Assembly: GCA_943787485.1 (NCBI GenBank)
Contig: CALSMP010000002.1
Location: forward strand, 5,459-69,458
DNA: 64,000 nucleotides
Direction of reading: 5' to 3'
DNA from: an uncultured Luminiphilus sp.
Lineage (GTDB): Bacteria > Pseudomonadota > Gammaproteobacteria > Pseudomonadales > Halieaceae
Of this stretch, positions 46,192 through 56,059 are shown in pieces (positions within the stretch are counted from its first letter, which is position 1; each line of letters starts with the position of its first letter). The translations under genes and the position numbers were made by a program. The notes beneath the pieces were generated by a model, which worked only from the letters and a program-made list of their open reading frames with translations, ran no database searches and was not told the origin of the DNA.

Positions 46192-47054
46192 AGCTGGACA
46201 ACCCGCAGCTCGGGCAAATGAACTTCTCTATCAATTTCTATTGATAAGTCATTGAAATTAAATAATTCTCTATCACAAAGCTGGGAGGGAGACACTTGGC
46301 TAAGGGCCCTAAAGATGGTCTCAATACGCCCCGGGTACTGGCGCTCCCACGCTTGCAGCATGCCTTTGATCTCCTGACGCTGCAGGTTGTCCTGCGAGCC
46401 ACAGAGATTGCACGGAATGATGGGAAACTCCTTTGCTTCGGCGTACGCAGCGAGGTCCTGCTCTTTGCAATAGGCCATAGGCCTAATGACAACGTTCTGC
46501 TTGTCGTCACTGAGCAGCTTGGGCGGCATCGCTTTTAACTTGCCGCCAAAAAACAAATTGAGAAACAGGGTCTCTACAATATCGTCTCGATGGTGGCCCA
46601 GCGCTATCTTGGTCGCGCCAATTTGCTGGGCGAACCCGTAAAGGGTACCTCGTCGTAATCGCGAACAGAGCCCGCAGGTTGTCTTGCCCTCCGGAATCAC
46701 CGATCTAACGACGCTGTAGGTATCGCGCTCAAGAATGTAGTAAGGCACGCCTATCTCCTCGAGGTAATTCGGCAACACCTCTTCGGGAAAACCGGGCTGC
46801 TTCTGATCCAAATTTACCGCGATAATTTCAAAAGCAATGGGCGCACTGCGCTGCAAGTGCAGCAAGATATCCAGCATGGCATAGGAGTCTTTGCCGCCGG
46901 AGAGGCAGACCATGATCCGATCGTCCGCTTCGATCATGTTAAAATCGACGATCGCATGGCCCACCTGTCGGCGTAAACGCTTGCGCAGCTTGTTAAACTC
47001 AAGCTGCCGCTTGCGAGTATCCTTGGTCCCGCTAGATGAGGGGGTAACAGCCAT
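46188..47054 (-). CDS. ttcA: tRNA 2-thiocytidine(32) synthetase
   Basis: PP-loop [18 protein letters not shown] and [10 protein letters not shown]. Start taken at ATG 47054 (uncertain). Confidence 0.95.
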   Translation of the reverse strand: MAVTPSSSGTKDTRKRQLEFNKLRKRLRRQVGHAIVDFNMIEADDRIMVCLSGGKDSYAMLDILLHLQRSAPIAFEIIAVNLDQKQPGFPEEVLPNYLEEIGVPYYILERDTYSVVRSVIPEGKTTCGLCSRLRRGTLYGFAQQIGATKIALGHHRDDIVETLFLNLFFGGKLKAMPPKLLSDDKQNVVIRPMAYCKEQDLAAYAEAKEFPIIPCNLCGSQDNLQRQEIKGMLQAWERQYPGRIETIFRALSQVSPSQLCDRELFNFNDLSIEIDREVHLPELRVVQL

Positions 47055-47255
47055 GTTGCGCGCTAACAGTGGGGATTGAGGCCGCATAATATAGAAAGTC
47101 ACCCCGACAGCGCAAAAGGTCAGCGCCGCTCGATTTCATGGCCCGATTCCTCTTATTTGATCTCGTGACTTGAGTTTTCTTGGCGCAGCGAACAGAATTC
47201 GCGGCGCACATTAGGCCTCAGGCCCGTTCATCGCCAAAACTGTTGGGGGAATCTC

Positions 47256-48236
47256 ATGAAATCACCTGTTCGCGTTACCGTTACCGGGGCAGCCGGTCAG
47301 ATTGGGTACGCACTGTTATTCCGCATTGCCTCGGGCGCCATGCTGGGCGACGACCAACCCGTCATTCTGCAATTGCTCGATATCACCCCTGCCATGGAAG
47401 CCTTAGAGGGCGTTCGCATGGAGCTCGACGACTGTGCGTTCCCGCTACTCGCGGGCATCACCTGCACCGATGATCCTAATGTAGCCTTTGCGGGGTCTGA
47501 CTACGCATTGCTGGTTGGGGCCCGCCCTCGAGGACCAGGCATGGAGCGCAAAGACCTGCTGGAGGCCAATGCGGCTATTTTCTCGGTACAGGGAAAAGCG
47601 CTCAACGATCACGCTTCCCGAGACGTCAAAGTGCTGGTCGTGGGCAATCCGGCCAACACCAATGCTCTCATTACCCAGCGAAACGCGCCCGATCTCGATC
47701 CGCGCAACTTCACCGCTATGACCCGGCTTGATCACAATCGCGCCATGACGCAGCTGGCTCAGAAAACCGGCGTGACCGTCAACGACGTAAGCCACATGAC
47801 CATCTGGGGCAACCATTCGGCCACGCAATATCCCGACCTTTACAATGCGCGGGTAAACGACACCGCCGCGATGGAGCTGACCGATCAGGCCTGGCTCGAA
47901 GAGCATTTCATTCCAACCGTGCAGCAACGGGGTGCCGCGATCATCAAGGCACGGGGGGCATCCTCGGCGGCCTCCGCCGCTAACGCCGCAATCGATCACA
48001 TGCGGAGCTGGGCACTGGGCACTCCAGCGGGTGACTGGGTCTCAATGGGGGTTTATTCTGATGGCTCCTACGGTATTCCTGAGGGACTGATTTACTCCTT
48101 CCCTTGTACCTGCAATGCCGGCGACTGGGCGATCGTTCGAGACGTGGAAGTCAATGACTTCAGCCGCAGTAAAATGGACGCAACCGCCGCTGAATTGTCC
48201 GAGGAACGCGACGCTGTGGCCCATCTCTTGGGATAG
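47256..48236 (+). CDS. mdh: Malate dehydrogenase
   Basis: [25 protein letters not shown] and IWGNHS motifs. Confidence 0.97.
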   Translation: MKSPVRVTVTGAAGQIGYALLFRIASGAMLGDDQPVILQLLDITPAMEALEGVRMELDDCAFPLLAGITCTDDPNVAFAGSDYALLVGARPRGPGMERKDLLEANAAIFSVQGKALNDHASRDVKVLVVGNPANTNALITQRNAPDLDPRNFTAMTRLDHNRAMTQLAQKTGVTVNDVSHMTIWGNHSATQYPDLYNARVNDTAAMELTDQAWLEEHFIPTVQQRGAAIIKARGASSAASAANAAIDHMRSWALGTPAGDWVSMGVYSDGSYGIPEGLIYSFPCTCNAGDWAIVRDVEVNDFSRSKMDATAAELSEERDAVAHLLG

Positions 48237-48261
48237 ATCGGTAACGCTACGCCAACACCCC

Positions 48262-50751
48262 CTACAGCTCGCGCAATACGACCAAAGGGGGTGTTGACAC
48301 CACATGCCGGCAACTCCACAAGCCGAGCGATGCAATCAGCAACACCCCCACGATCACACCGAGTGGCCACAGCCAGAATGTGGGCTGGTAGCTCAAATCC
48401 AACACGTGGGTTTGCAATCCCCAAGCCGCAAGCTCGGCACCTGCTACGGCCATTGTTCCCGCCAATGCCCCCAGCACCGAAAATTCAAGCGCTATGGCGC
48501 CCAGTATTAACTGCTTGCGTGCCCCCATTGCCCGCAACAGGGCGCTCTCGCTGACCCGAGCGTCGATACTAGCCCGCACACCGGCGATCAACACCAAAGC
48601 CCCCGCGAGCAAGATGACCCCCAAGACGACCTCGATGGCCTGCCCCACCCGGTTAATAATTTGACGAATTTCAGTGACGATGATGTCGAGTTCAATGACT
48701 GTGAATGTTGGGAACATCTTCACTAGGTCGTTTAGCCGACCCTTGTCAGTCTCAGGAAGGAAAAAGCTGGTGAAGTAGGTTTTAGGAAACGGCGCCAACA
48801 CGGCGGGTGGCAGAATGACGAAAAAGTTGGGCTTCAAGCTCTGCCAGTCGACCTGGCGAATACTGGTAACGACGACCTCGATCTCCTCCGCACCAATGCG
48901 AAGCCCCAGCCGGCTACCGATGGTCGCCCCCAAGCGCTCAGCGAACTCTTCCTCGAGAGAGACTTCAAAGTGTTGACTTCCTGCATCCCACCATTCGCCA
49001 TCAGTCACCACGTTGTCCTCGGGCAAATGTTGGGCATAGGTCAGGTTTGCCTCACGCTGCCTTGGACCCTCCGACTCGGTTCCGTACTCAGCGAGCGCGG
49101 CATCGTCGACCGTCACCACCCGACCTCGGGTCATGGGAAACTGAGGTTGGCGAGTGATCTGATACCTGTCGAAAAAGGCGGTCAGCTCGGCCTGCTCCTC
49201 TGGTGCTATATTTAAGACGTAGTGATTGGGTGTCCCCGGGGGGAGCTGTGCTTGCCACTGCTCTACCAGCGCACCGCGAATCATGATCAGCAACAGCATG
49301 AGCATGATGGCGATGGCGAAAATCACCATTTGCAGGGCGCTGGATCGGCGCCGACGCTGTAAGCCCGCAAGCGAAAAACGCCAAACGCTGCCCGCTGCGC
49401 TGCCAATTCTGCGACCACCACTCAACAACAGCAGGGCAAATCCGCCCCCGGCCAGCACGACCACCAGCAAGCCCATCACGACCGCAAAGGTCAGCCTGAG
49501 ATCACCGGAATACCACCACATCAGAAGAATCACAGCGCACCCACCCATCAGGTAGTCCATGCTGCTATGACCGCCATCGAGGGAGATGTCACTGCGTAGC
49601 ACACGGAGGGGTGGAATCGCGCTGAGTCGGGTCAGCGGTGGCCATGCAAAGAAGCCCAAACATACCAGCGCAGTTACCCCGCCGATCACAAACGGCTCGA
49701 TAGAGACCGTCGGGCTGGTGACACCCAACTCCTCGGCAAACAAGGTAAGGAAGAAATAGCCGACCAGCCAACCCAACACACAGCCAAGCGCGCTGCCGAA
49801 GGCACCCACCAGCATGAGACTGCCACCGTAAAGCCTCGAAATGCGGGACCGTGTGGCCCCCAAGCTTTTCATGATCGCAACCGGATCGATATGCCGCGTG
49901 GCGAAACGCCGAGCAGACAGCGCGATCGCAGCCGCAGCCAACACGACGCCCAAGCTGCCGGCAATAAGCAAGAACCCTTCGGCGCGCTCCAGGGTGCGAC
50001 CGAGGCGCGGCTGATCATCGTCGGTGCCCAGGAGCCGCTGGCCTTGCTCGAGCTGCGGCGTCACCCATTGGCTGAAGCGATCAAGCGAATCGGCGCTGCC
50101 GGATAACAACAAACGCCAACTCACCCGACTGCCCGGCTGCACAACCCCGGTGGCATCGATATCGGCCAGATTCATCAACACCCTCGGCCCGTAACCATAG
50201 GTACCGCTGGTCGCATCGGGCTCACGCCGAACGACACCCGCGACCGTTAATTTAGCGTCGCCGATCCATAGGGGATCGCCATTGGACACCCCCAACAGGG
50301 CGTAGAGCCTGGGGGCCAGCCAAATCTCCCCTGGGGATGGCACCCGGTCAGCCTGGCTAATCGGCCCGTAGGGTGCGTCACTGATCAGAAGGTCACCTCG
50401 AAGCGGGTACCCTGACTCAACCGCTTTCACGGACACCAGATGAAAATCATCCTCGGCCGTTACCGCCATGGAGGGAAATGCTAGCGTGACCGTCGTCGCC
50501 AATGCGTCATCGAGGGCCCTATCACGCCACGCGGTACTCACCGAAACGCCGGACACCACCACCCTGTCTGCCGCCAGAAAGCGTTTACTCTCATCGGTCA
50601 GCGTCGCCTGTAGGCTGGCGACAAACGCGCTCATCCCCACCACGACCGTCACCGCCAAAGTGGCTGCAAGGAGCAGAATTCCTAATTCACCACCCCGCCA
50701 GTCCCGCCGCAGGAGCAGCCAGGAATTCATGGTGCCCGAGGTCCGGCGCAT
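48262..50751 (-). CDS. ABC transporter permease, YbbP/FtsX-like
   Basis: RRDWRGGEL, VKAV..GYPLRG and duplicated FtsX-type TM blocks. Start taken at ATG 50751 (alternative 50730). Confidence 0.87.
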   Translation of the reverse strand: MRRTSGTMNSWLLLRRDWRGGELGILLLAATLAVTVVVGMSAFVASLQATLTDESKRFLAADRVVVSGVSVSTAWRDRALDDALATTVTLAFPSMAVTAEDDFHLVSVKAVESGYPLRGDLLISDAPYGPISQADRVPSPGEIWLAPRLYALLGVSNGDPLWIGDAKLTVAGVVRREPDATSGTYGYGPRVLMNLADIDATGVVQPGSRVSWRLLLSGSADSLDRFSQWVTPQLEQGQRLLGTDDDQPRLGRTLERAEGFLLIAGSLGVVLAAAAIALSARRFATRHIDPVAIMKSLGATRSRISRLYGGSLMLVGAFGSALGCVLGWLVGYFFLTLFAEELGVTSPTVSIEPFVIGGVTALVCLGFFAWPPLTRLSAIPPLRVLRSDISLDGGHSSMDYLMGGCAVILLMWWYSGDLRLTFAVVMGLLVVVLAGGGFALLLLSGGRRIGSAAGSVWRFSLAGLQRRRRSSALQMVIFAIAIMLMLLLIMIRGALVEQWQAQLPPGTPNHYVLNIAPEEQAELTAFFDRYQITRQPQFPMTRGRVVTVDDAALAEYGTESEGPRQREANLTYAQHLPEDNVVTDGEWWDAGSQHFEVSLEEEFAERLGATIGSRLGLRIGAEEIEVVVTSIRQVDWQSLKPNFFVILPPAVLAPFPKTYFTSFFLPETDKGRLNDLVKMFPTFTVIELDIIVTEIRQIINRVGQAIEVVLGVILLAGALVLIAGVRASIDARVSESALLRAMGARKQLILGAIALEFSVLGALAGTMAVAGAELAAWGLQTHVLDLSYQPTFWLWPLGVIVGVLLIASLGLWSCRHVVSTPPLVVLREL

Positions 50752-50755
50752 CGTC

Positions 50756-51421
50756 CTAGGAGATTTCACTGAGTCGACCACTCTCCATGGCGAAACGACG
50801 CTGACATCGCGCGGCAAGCCGCTGATCGTGGGTGACGAGAATGAGCGTGGTTCCAGCGGAGGCATTTAGGCTAAACAACAGATCGATGATTTTCTCCGCG
50901 GTTTCCCCATCGAGGTTCCCCGTGGGCTCATCGGCAAACAGCAGTGCCGGCTGTGCCGCAAACGCACGGGCTATCGCCACCCGCTGTTGCTCACCCCCCG
51001 ACAGGGTTGCAGGATAATGCGCGAGTCTCTCGCCCAGGCCGACCTTATTGAGAAACGTGGTCGCCTGCTGTTCCGCCCCATTGGCGCCTGCTAACTCCAA
51101 GGGCAACATGACATTTTCCAGTGCCGTGAGCGCCGGTAACAGCTGAAAGCTCTGAAACACAAAACCCACCTTCTCGGCCCGCAGCGCTGCCCTGCTGTCC
51201 TCATCAAGCCCAGCCAGAGAGACACCATCGATAATGACGTCGCCGCCACTTGCCTGATCGAGGCCCGCGAGCAAGCCTAACAGGGTAGACTTGCCCGATC
51301 CCGAGACCCCGACGATCGCGGCAGAATCCCCTGACTTGATCTCAAAAGAGATCCCTCGCAGGATCTCCAGCGTCTCGCCGCCGACTGGAACCGCTTTGAA
51401 AAGATTAGTGACCTTGATCAT
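50756..51421 (-). CDS. ABC transporter ATP-binding protein, YbbA-like
   Basis: GVSGSGKST, VGFVFQSFQL, LSGGEQQR and FADEPTGNLD motifs. Confidence 0.9.
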   Translation of the reverse strand: MIKVTNLFKAVPVGGETLEILRGISFEIKSGDSAAIVGVSGSGKSTLLGLLAGLDQASGGDVIIDGVSLAGLDEDSRAALRAEKVGFVFQSFQLLPALTALENVMLPLELAGANGAEQQATTFLNKVGLGERLAHYPATLSGGEQQRVAIARAFAAQPALLFADEPTGNLDGETAEKIIDLLFSLNASAGTTLILVTHDQRLAARCQRRFAMESGRLSEIS

Positions 51422-52082
51422 GATGCCTCTTCCATGCCTCATCCTACGCCGGGCAAAGGCCCGCGGATTCGCGCAGCTTCTGATTCTGTCGATTGCGCTG
51501 TGTGCTACGAAAAGCTGGGCTCAAGCCCCCGTGCTCCTTGTGCTGGGTGACAGTATCAGTGCGGGCTACGGGATGACACTGAAAGATGGCTGGGTCCAGC
51601 TCCTCGCTGAACGTCTACAAACGAGCCATCCAGAGTGGTCGGTCGTCAACGCCTCGATCTCAGGAGAGACCACGGCTGGTGGACTTCGACGGCTGCCCGC
51701 GCTAATCACATCCCATCAGCCCCAAACTGTGATTATCGAACTTGGCGGTAATGACGGGCTTCGGGGCTATCCGATTTCACAGCTGAGGAGCAATCTTGCG
51801 CAGTTGATTCAACTGAGCACGGCGGCGGACGCCGAGGTACTGGTTACCGGCATGGAAATCCCTCCCAATTTTGGCAGTCGCTACACCGCCCTGTTTCGGG
51901 AGAGTTTTGAGGCCGCAGCCGAAGGTACCCCCGCCACCGTCATACCGTTTATCCTTGCAGGGGTGGCAACAACGCCAGCGCTCATGCAAGCTGACGGTAT
52001 TCACCCAACCGAGGCAGCACAATCCATGATTCTCGACAGCATTTGGCCCTATGTCACCGCGGCGCTGGACCGCGCGCAGTAG
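51420..52082 (+). CDS. tesA: GDSL acyl-CoA thioesterase I / arylesterase
   Basis: LGDSISAGYG, NASISGETT, ELGGNDGLRG and DGIHP motifs; signal peptide; divergent from ybbA. Start approximate. Confidence 0.9.
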   Translation: MMPLPCLILRRAKARGFAQLLILSIALCATKSWAQAPVLLVLGDSISAGYGMTLKDGWVQLLAERLQTSHPEWSVVNASISGETTAGGLRRLPALITSHQPQTVIIELGGNDGLRGYPISQLRSNLAQLIQLSTAADAEVLVTGMEIPPNFGSRYTALFRESFEAAAEGTPATVIPFILAGVATTPALMQADGIHPTEAAQSMILDSIWPYVTAALDRAQ

Positions 52083-52114
52083 CATAAGCCCGCAAGCCAG
52101 GCGATAGATCCCCG

Positions 52115-52978
52115 ATGACAGAAAGACCACAGAGCGAACGACAGCGAAAGCTCGAGACCATCATTTTTGGCACGACCACGCCCGCGGGTCGGAATTTTGA
52201 TGTGCTTTTGCTGTTGATGATCGTGGCGAGCGTCGCGATCGTCATGCTGGACTCCATGGCTTCGCTACACCAATCCTATGGCCCGCTCTTTTGGCGTATC
52301 GAATTCGGCTTTACCCTGCTATTCACCATTGAATACCTCAGCCGACTCTGGTGCGTTGGCAACCGACGGGCTTATGCCACTAGCTTTTGGGGATTTGTCG
52401 ATTTGCTGTCGATTTTGCCCACCTATGTTGCCCTGGTCATACCCGAGGCGGCGCCACTACTAATTATCCGTTTGTTGCGTGTCATGCGGGTATTTCGAGT
52501 ACTTCGCCTGTTGGAACTGTTTGCCGAGCTTCGCGAAATTCTGATGGTGCTACGCAACACGGCTCGCACCATCTTTGTGTTTTTTGCGCTGGTCATGGTC
52601 GTGGTCGTGATCTTCGCGTGCTTACTTTATGTCATCGAAGGGCCACGCAACGGCTTTACCAGCATCCCCATGAGTATTTATTGGGCGATCGTTACCATCA
52701 CCACCGTCGGCTACGGTGACGTAACCCCCCAAACCGATCTCGGCAGAGCCCTCGCCGCCATGGGCATGCTGATTGGCTACAGTATCCTCGCGGTGCCCAC
52801 CGCAATCATTACCGCGAAACTGTGGGACCGGCTCAACAACCGCAAGTCAAATCACATCAACTGGAACTGCCCCGTGTGCATGGGGGTTGGCCACGAATCC
52901 GATGCCAAATTCTGCAAGCACTGCAGCGCCGAGCTCGACATCCCCGAGGAAGTCCGTGCTCAAGCGGACAATCGCTGA
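52115..52978 (+). CDS. Six-TM potassium channel-like ion transporter
   Basis: S4 segment [14 protein letters not shown], filter TTVGYGD, C-terminal CxxC...CxxC. Confidence 0.9.
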   Translation: MTERPQSERQRKLETIIFGTTTPAGRNFDVLLLLMIVASVAIVMLDSMASLHQSYGPLFWRIEFGFTLLFTIEYLSRLWCVGNRRAYATSFWGFVDLLSILPTYVALVIPEAAPLLIIRLLRVMRVFRVLRLLELFAELREILMVLRNTARTIFVFFALVMVVVVIFACLLYVIEGPRNGFTSIPMSIYWAIVTITTVGYGDVTPQTDLGRALAAMGMLIGYSILAVPTAIITAKLWDRLNNRKSNHINWNCPVCMGVGHESDAKFCKHCSAELDIPEEVRAQADNR

Positions 52979-52980
52979 CC

Positions 52981-55137
52981 GTGGCCGTCGCGACAACACA
53001 GGCGCCACCCGTTTTTGGCTACCGTAAACACTGGGCCGAGTGTTTCGGCCCCGCCCCTGTCCTGCCCACCTCGCGAGAGGAGATGGATCAACTGGGCTGG
53101 GATAGCTGTGACGTCATACTGGTTACCGGCGATGCGTACGTTGATCACCCGAGTTTTGGCATGGCCGTCATCGGTCGGACTCTGGAAGGCCAGGGCTTTC
53201 GTGTGGGCATCATCGCCCAGCCCGACTGGCGTGACCTGTCATCCTTCAGCGCACTGGGACAACCCAATCTCTATTTTGGCGTCGCAGCGGGCAACATGGA
53301 TTCGTTAATCAACCACTACACCGCGGACAAGAAGCGACGTCACGACGACGCCTACACGCCGGGGGGCGTGGCTGGCCAGCGGCCAGACCGGGCCGTCACC
53401 GTATACAGCCAAAAGGTTCGCGAGGCGTACAAAGACGTCCCCATCGTCATTGGCGGGATTGAAGCGAGTTTGCGCCGCATTGCCCACTATGACTATTGGA
53501 CCGACAGTGTGCGCCGATCAGTGTTACTTGATGCCCAGGCTGACATCTTGCTTTATGGCAATGCCGAGCGCGCCATCATCGAGCTAACCCATCGACTGGC
53601 TCGGGGCGAACCGATAGACGCTATTCGAGATCTACGGGGTACAGCTTTTATCGCCTCGGGTATTGAACCCGACTTCCGAGAGGTGACGTCGACGCTACTG
53701 GACAGCCCTGGCGCCGTGGCCCCGCCCCTTAACCCCTATCTCGGCATGGAGGCAGAAGCGTGCGATACCAACACCAATGCAGCCACAGATGCTAGTAGTC
53801 GAGAGGCTGTGGTGGATGAGCCGGAAGAGGTGCCCGTGCGACTGCTAGCGAGCTCTGAGCATCGCCGCACCGTCATTCGCCTTCCCTCCTTTGAAGCCGT
53901 CCGGGATGACCCGGTGCTTTATGCCCATGCATCTCGGGTGCTCCACAAAGAAACCAATCCCCACAACGCAGCCGCCTTGATTCAACAACATGGGACCCAG
54001 GATGTGTGGATTAACCCCCCACCAATACCCCTGGCCACCGAGGAGCTTGACTGGGTCTTCGAGCTTCCCTACAGCCGGCTACCACACCCGAAATACGGCG
54101 GTGAAAAAATACCCGCGTTCGACATGATTCAGCACTCGATCAATATCATGAGAGGTTGTTTTGGTGGGTGTACTTTTTGCTCCATCACCGAACACGAAGG
54201 TCGCATTATTCAGAATCGCTCGGAGGACTCGATCATTCGTGAAGTCGAAAAAATTCGCGATACCAGCCCCGCGTTCACGGGCGTTATTTCTGACCTTGGG
54301 GGCCCCACTGCCAACATGTGGCGGCTGGCCTGCAAAAGCACAGAAATCGAAGCGAAGTGCCGGAAGCTTTCCTGCGTGTTCCCGGGCATTTGCAAAAACC
54401 TTAATACCGACCAAACACCCTTGGTGTCACTTTATCGACGCGCTCGGTCAGTACCCGGGATCAAAAAGGTACTGATCGCCTCGGGATTGCGCTACGACCT
54501 GGCCGTCGAGACACCCGAGTATGTCAAGGAACTGGTTACCCACCATGTCGGAGGCTACTTAAAAATTGCGCCCGAACATACCGAAGACGGCCCTCTGGGC
54601 CATATGATGAAACCGGGCATTGGCACCTATGACCGGTTTAAAGCGATGTTCGACAAGTACACAAAGGAAGCAGGGAAAAAACAGTACCTGATCCCCTATT
54701 TCATTGCTGCCCACCCCGGTACCACTGACGAGGACATGCTTAACCTTGCGCTCTGGCTTAAGCGTTACAAGTTCAAAGCGGATCAAGTTCAAACCTTTTA
54801 TCCATCGCCCATGGCAACGGCAACCGCCATGTACCATACCCAGAGAAATCCACTCAAACGGGTATCGCCACGTGCGGACAAGCTACCTGTGGTACGCAAA
54901 CTGCAGCAACGCAAACTTCACAAGGCTTTTCTGCGCTACCACGATCCGGAAAACTGGGCCCTCCTGCGGGACACCCTGAAAAAAATGGGTCGCCGTGATC
55001 TGATAGGTAACGGCAAAATGCACCTCGTGCCTCCCCGTGATCCACCAAAGCGCCATCGGGTCGTCAAAGGAAAGCACCAATCTTTTGCCACACAGCACAA
55101 TGGCCTACCCAAACCACCGAGGAAACCCCGTCGATGA
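52981..55137 (+). CDS. ygiQ: YgiQ family (UPF0313) radical SAM protein
   Basis: [21 protein letters not shown] and DLGGPTANM motifs. Start moved to GTG 52981, just after the channel stop. Confidence 0.92.
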   Translation: MAVATTQAPPVFGYRKHWAECFGPAPVLPTSREEMDQLGWDSCDVILVTGDAYVDHPSFGMAVIGRTLEGQGFRVGIIAQPDWRDLSSFSALGQPNLYFGVAAGNMDSLINHYTADKKRRHDDAYTPGGVAGQRPDRAVTVYSQKVREAYKDVPIVIGGIEASLRRIAHYDYWTDSVRRSVLLDAQADILLYGNAERAIIELTHRLARGEPIDAIRDLRGTAFIASGIEPDFREVTSTLLDSPGAVAPPLNPYLGMEAEACDTNTNAATDASSREAVVDEPEEVPVRLLASSEHRRTVIRLPSFEAVRDDPVLYAHASRVLHKETNPHNAAALIQQHGTQDVWINPPPIPLATEELDWVFELPYSRLPHPKYGGEKIPAFDMIQHSINIMRGCFGGCTFCSITEHEGRIIQNRSEDSIIREVEKIRDTSPAFTGVISDLGGPTANMWRLACKSTEIEAKCRKLSCVFPGICKNLNTDQTPLVSLYRRARSVPGIKKVLIASGLRYDLAVETPEYVKELVTHHVGGYLKIAPEHTEDGPLGHMMKPGIGTYDRFKAMFDKYTKEAGKKQYLIPYFIAAHPGTTDEDMLNLALWLKRYKFKADQVQTFYPSPMATATAMYHTQRNPLKRVSPRADKLPVVRKLQQRKLHKAFLRYHDPENWALLRDTLKKMGRRDLIGNGKMHLVPPRDPPKRHRVVKGKHQSFATQHNGLPKPPRKPRR

Positions 55138-55772
55138 GCGAGCCAACCAAACGGTCTCGTTTATCACCGCGATGGCGGTATTTGTCCAACAAGGCAGACT
55201 TGACCGCCATGGTCATCTGGCTTGGTGTGCTGTTGCTGAGCTTGCTGCAAAGCGATATAGCCATTGCCACGGGTAGTGTCATCCAAACCGGAAAAGCACT
55301 TCCCTCGCTCACGATTAGCGCCGGCGGCAAAGTAGTCCTCGAAGGGGACGACTACCGGACAGCCCCCTGGAATGGGCCGGTCTCGCTACCTATGGTGCAA
55401 GTTTTCCAATACGTGCCCGGCACCCGCAAAGGCGGCAGCCTTTACGACGCGCTGACCGAGCGAATGCAGAGAGAACTCGACCCCCAGCAGTTTCGCATTA
55501 CTGCCATTGTGAACCTCGACGCCTCCTCAGTGTTTATCAAACCCTTTGTCCGCGCTGAAGTGGTCGACAAGCAGCGAACCTTTCAACTTGCCACCATGGT
55601 GCTCGATGAAGATGGCGCAGGGCGCACTACCTGGCGGCTGGAACAGGAATCGGCGTTTATCGTGACAGACGAAACCGGCCGCGTTGTGGACGCCATCTTT
55701 GGACCGCCCTCGCAGGAAGATCTTGATCGCATTTTTGCCGTCCTCGCCGAGAGACTGCTGTCACACAAATGA
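55134..55772 (+). CDS. YtfJ-like exported protein
   Basis: Signal or TM segment, LP.LTI..GG, TAIVNLD and MVLDEDG....W.L patterns recalled as YtfJ-like; ATGA overlap with ygiQ. Confidence 0.65.
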   Translation: MSEPTKRSRLSPRWRYLSNKADLTAMVIWLGVLLLSLLQSDIAIATGSVIQTGKALPSLTISAGGKVVLEGDDYRTAPWNGPVSLPMVQVFQYVPGTRKGGSLYDALTERMQRELDPQQFRITAIVNLDASSVFIKPFVRAEVVDKQRTFQLATMVLDEDGAGRTTWRLEQESAFIVTDETGRVVDAIFGPPSQEDLDRIFAVLAERLLSHK

Positions 55773-55880
55773 CACCTAAACCCGCTATTGTTCTGCTCAA
55801 CTAAGACTGAGCTCGGGGGGTCGGGTTGACGGGCGGCGGGACCCAATCTTTCTCAAACCACAACCTCACCTAGGGTATTG

Positions 55881-55940
55881 AGCACTAATTCGGTGCAACT
55901 TAGTGTTCACAACCAATTAGAGGCTGGCATTTTTCCAGCT
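55881..55940 (+). promoter_or_regulatory. NtrC-like site plus candidate sigma-54 (-24/-12) promoter upstream of the TonB-dependent receptor
   Basis: AGCACTAATTCGGTGCA (55881-55897) and TGGCATTTTTCCAGCT (55925-55940; GG-N10-GC). Confidence 0.4.
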
Positions 55941-56059
55941 TTATCTAAGGAACCCGTCCCGCTAGGATGCGCACCGGTTGGTTGCACAGCCGGCACCGAC
56001 TACGCCACTTAAAAAATCAGGCCGCAGGAAAACATTGCGGCGACAGGAGATACCTACCT

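Noticed and set aside
47078-47100. GCCGCATAAT resembling the XerC arm of a dif site
   Set aside because: No XerD arm (TTATGTTAAA); better explained as the ttcA -10 element on the minus strand.
51405-51445. Head-to-head overlapping starts of ybbA and tesA
   Set aside because: A known conserved arrangement, as in E. coli; not novel.
52822-52980. Long N-terminal ORF-track extension of ygiQ (likewise ccmE, pstS, ybbP, tesA and receptor 1)
   Set aside because: Longest-ORF artefacts, mostly overlapping neighbouring genes; family-like N-termini begin at downstream starts.
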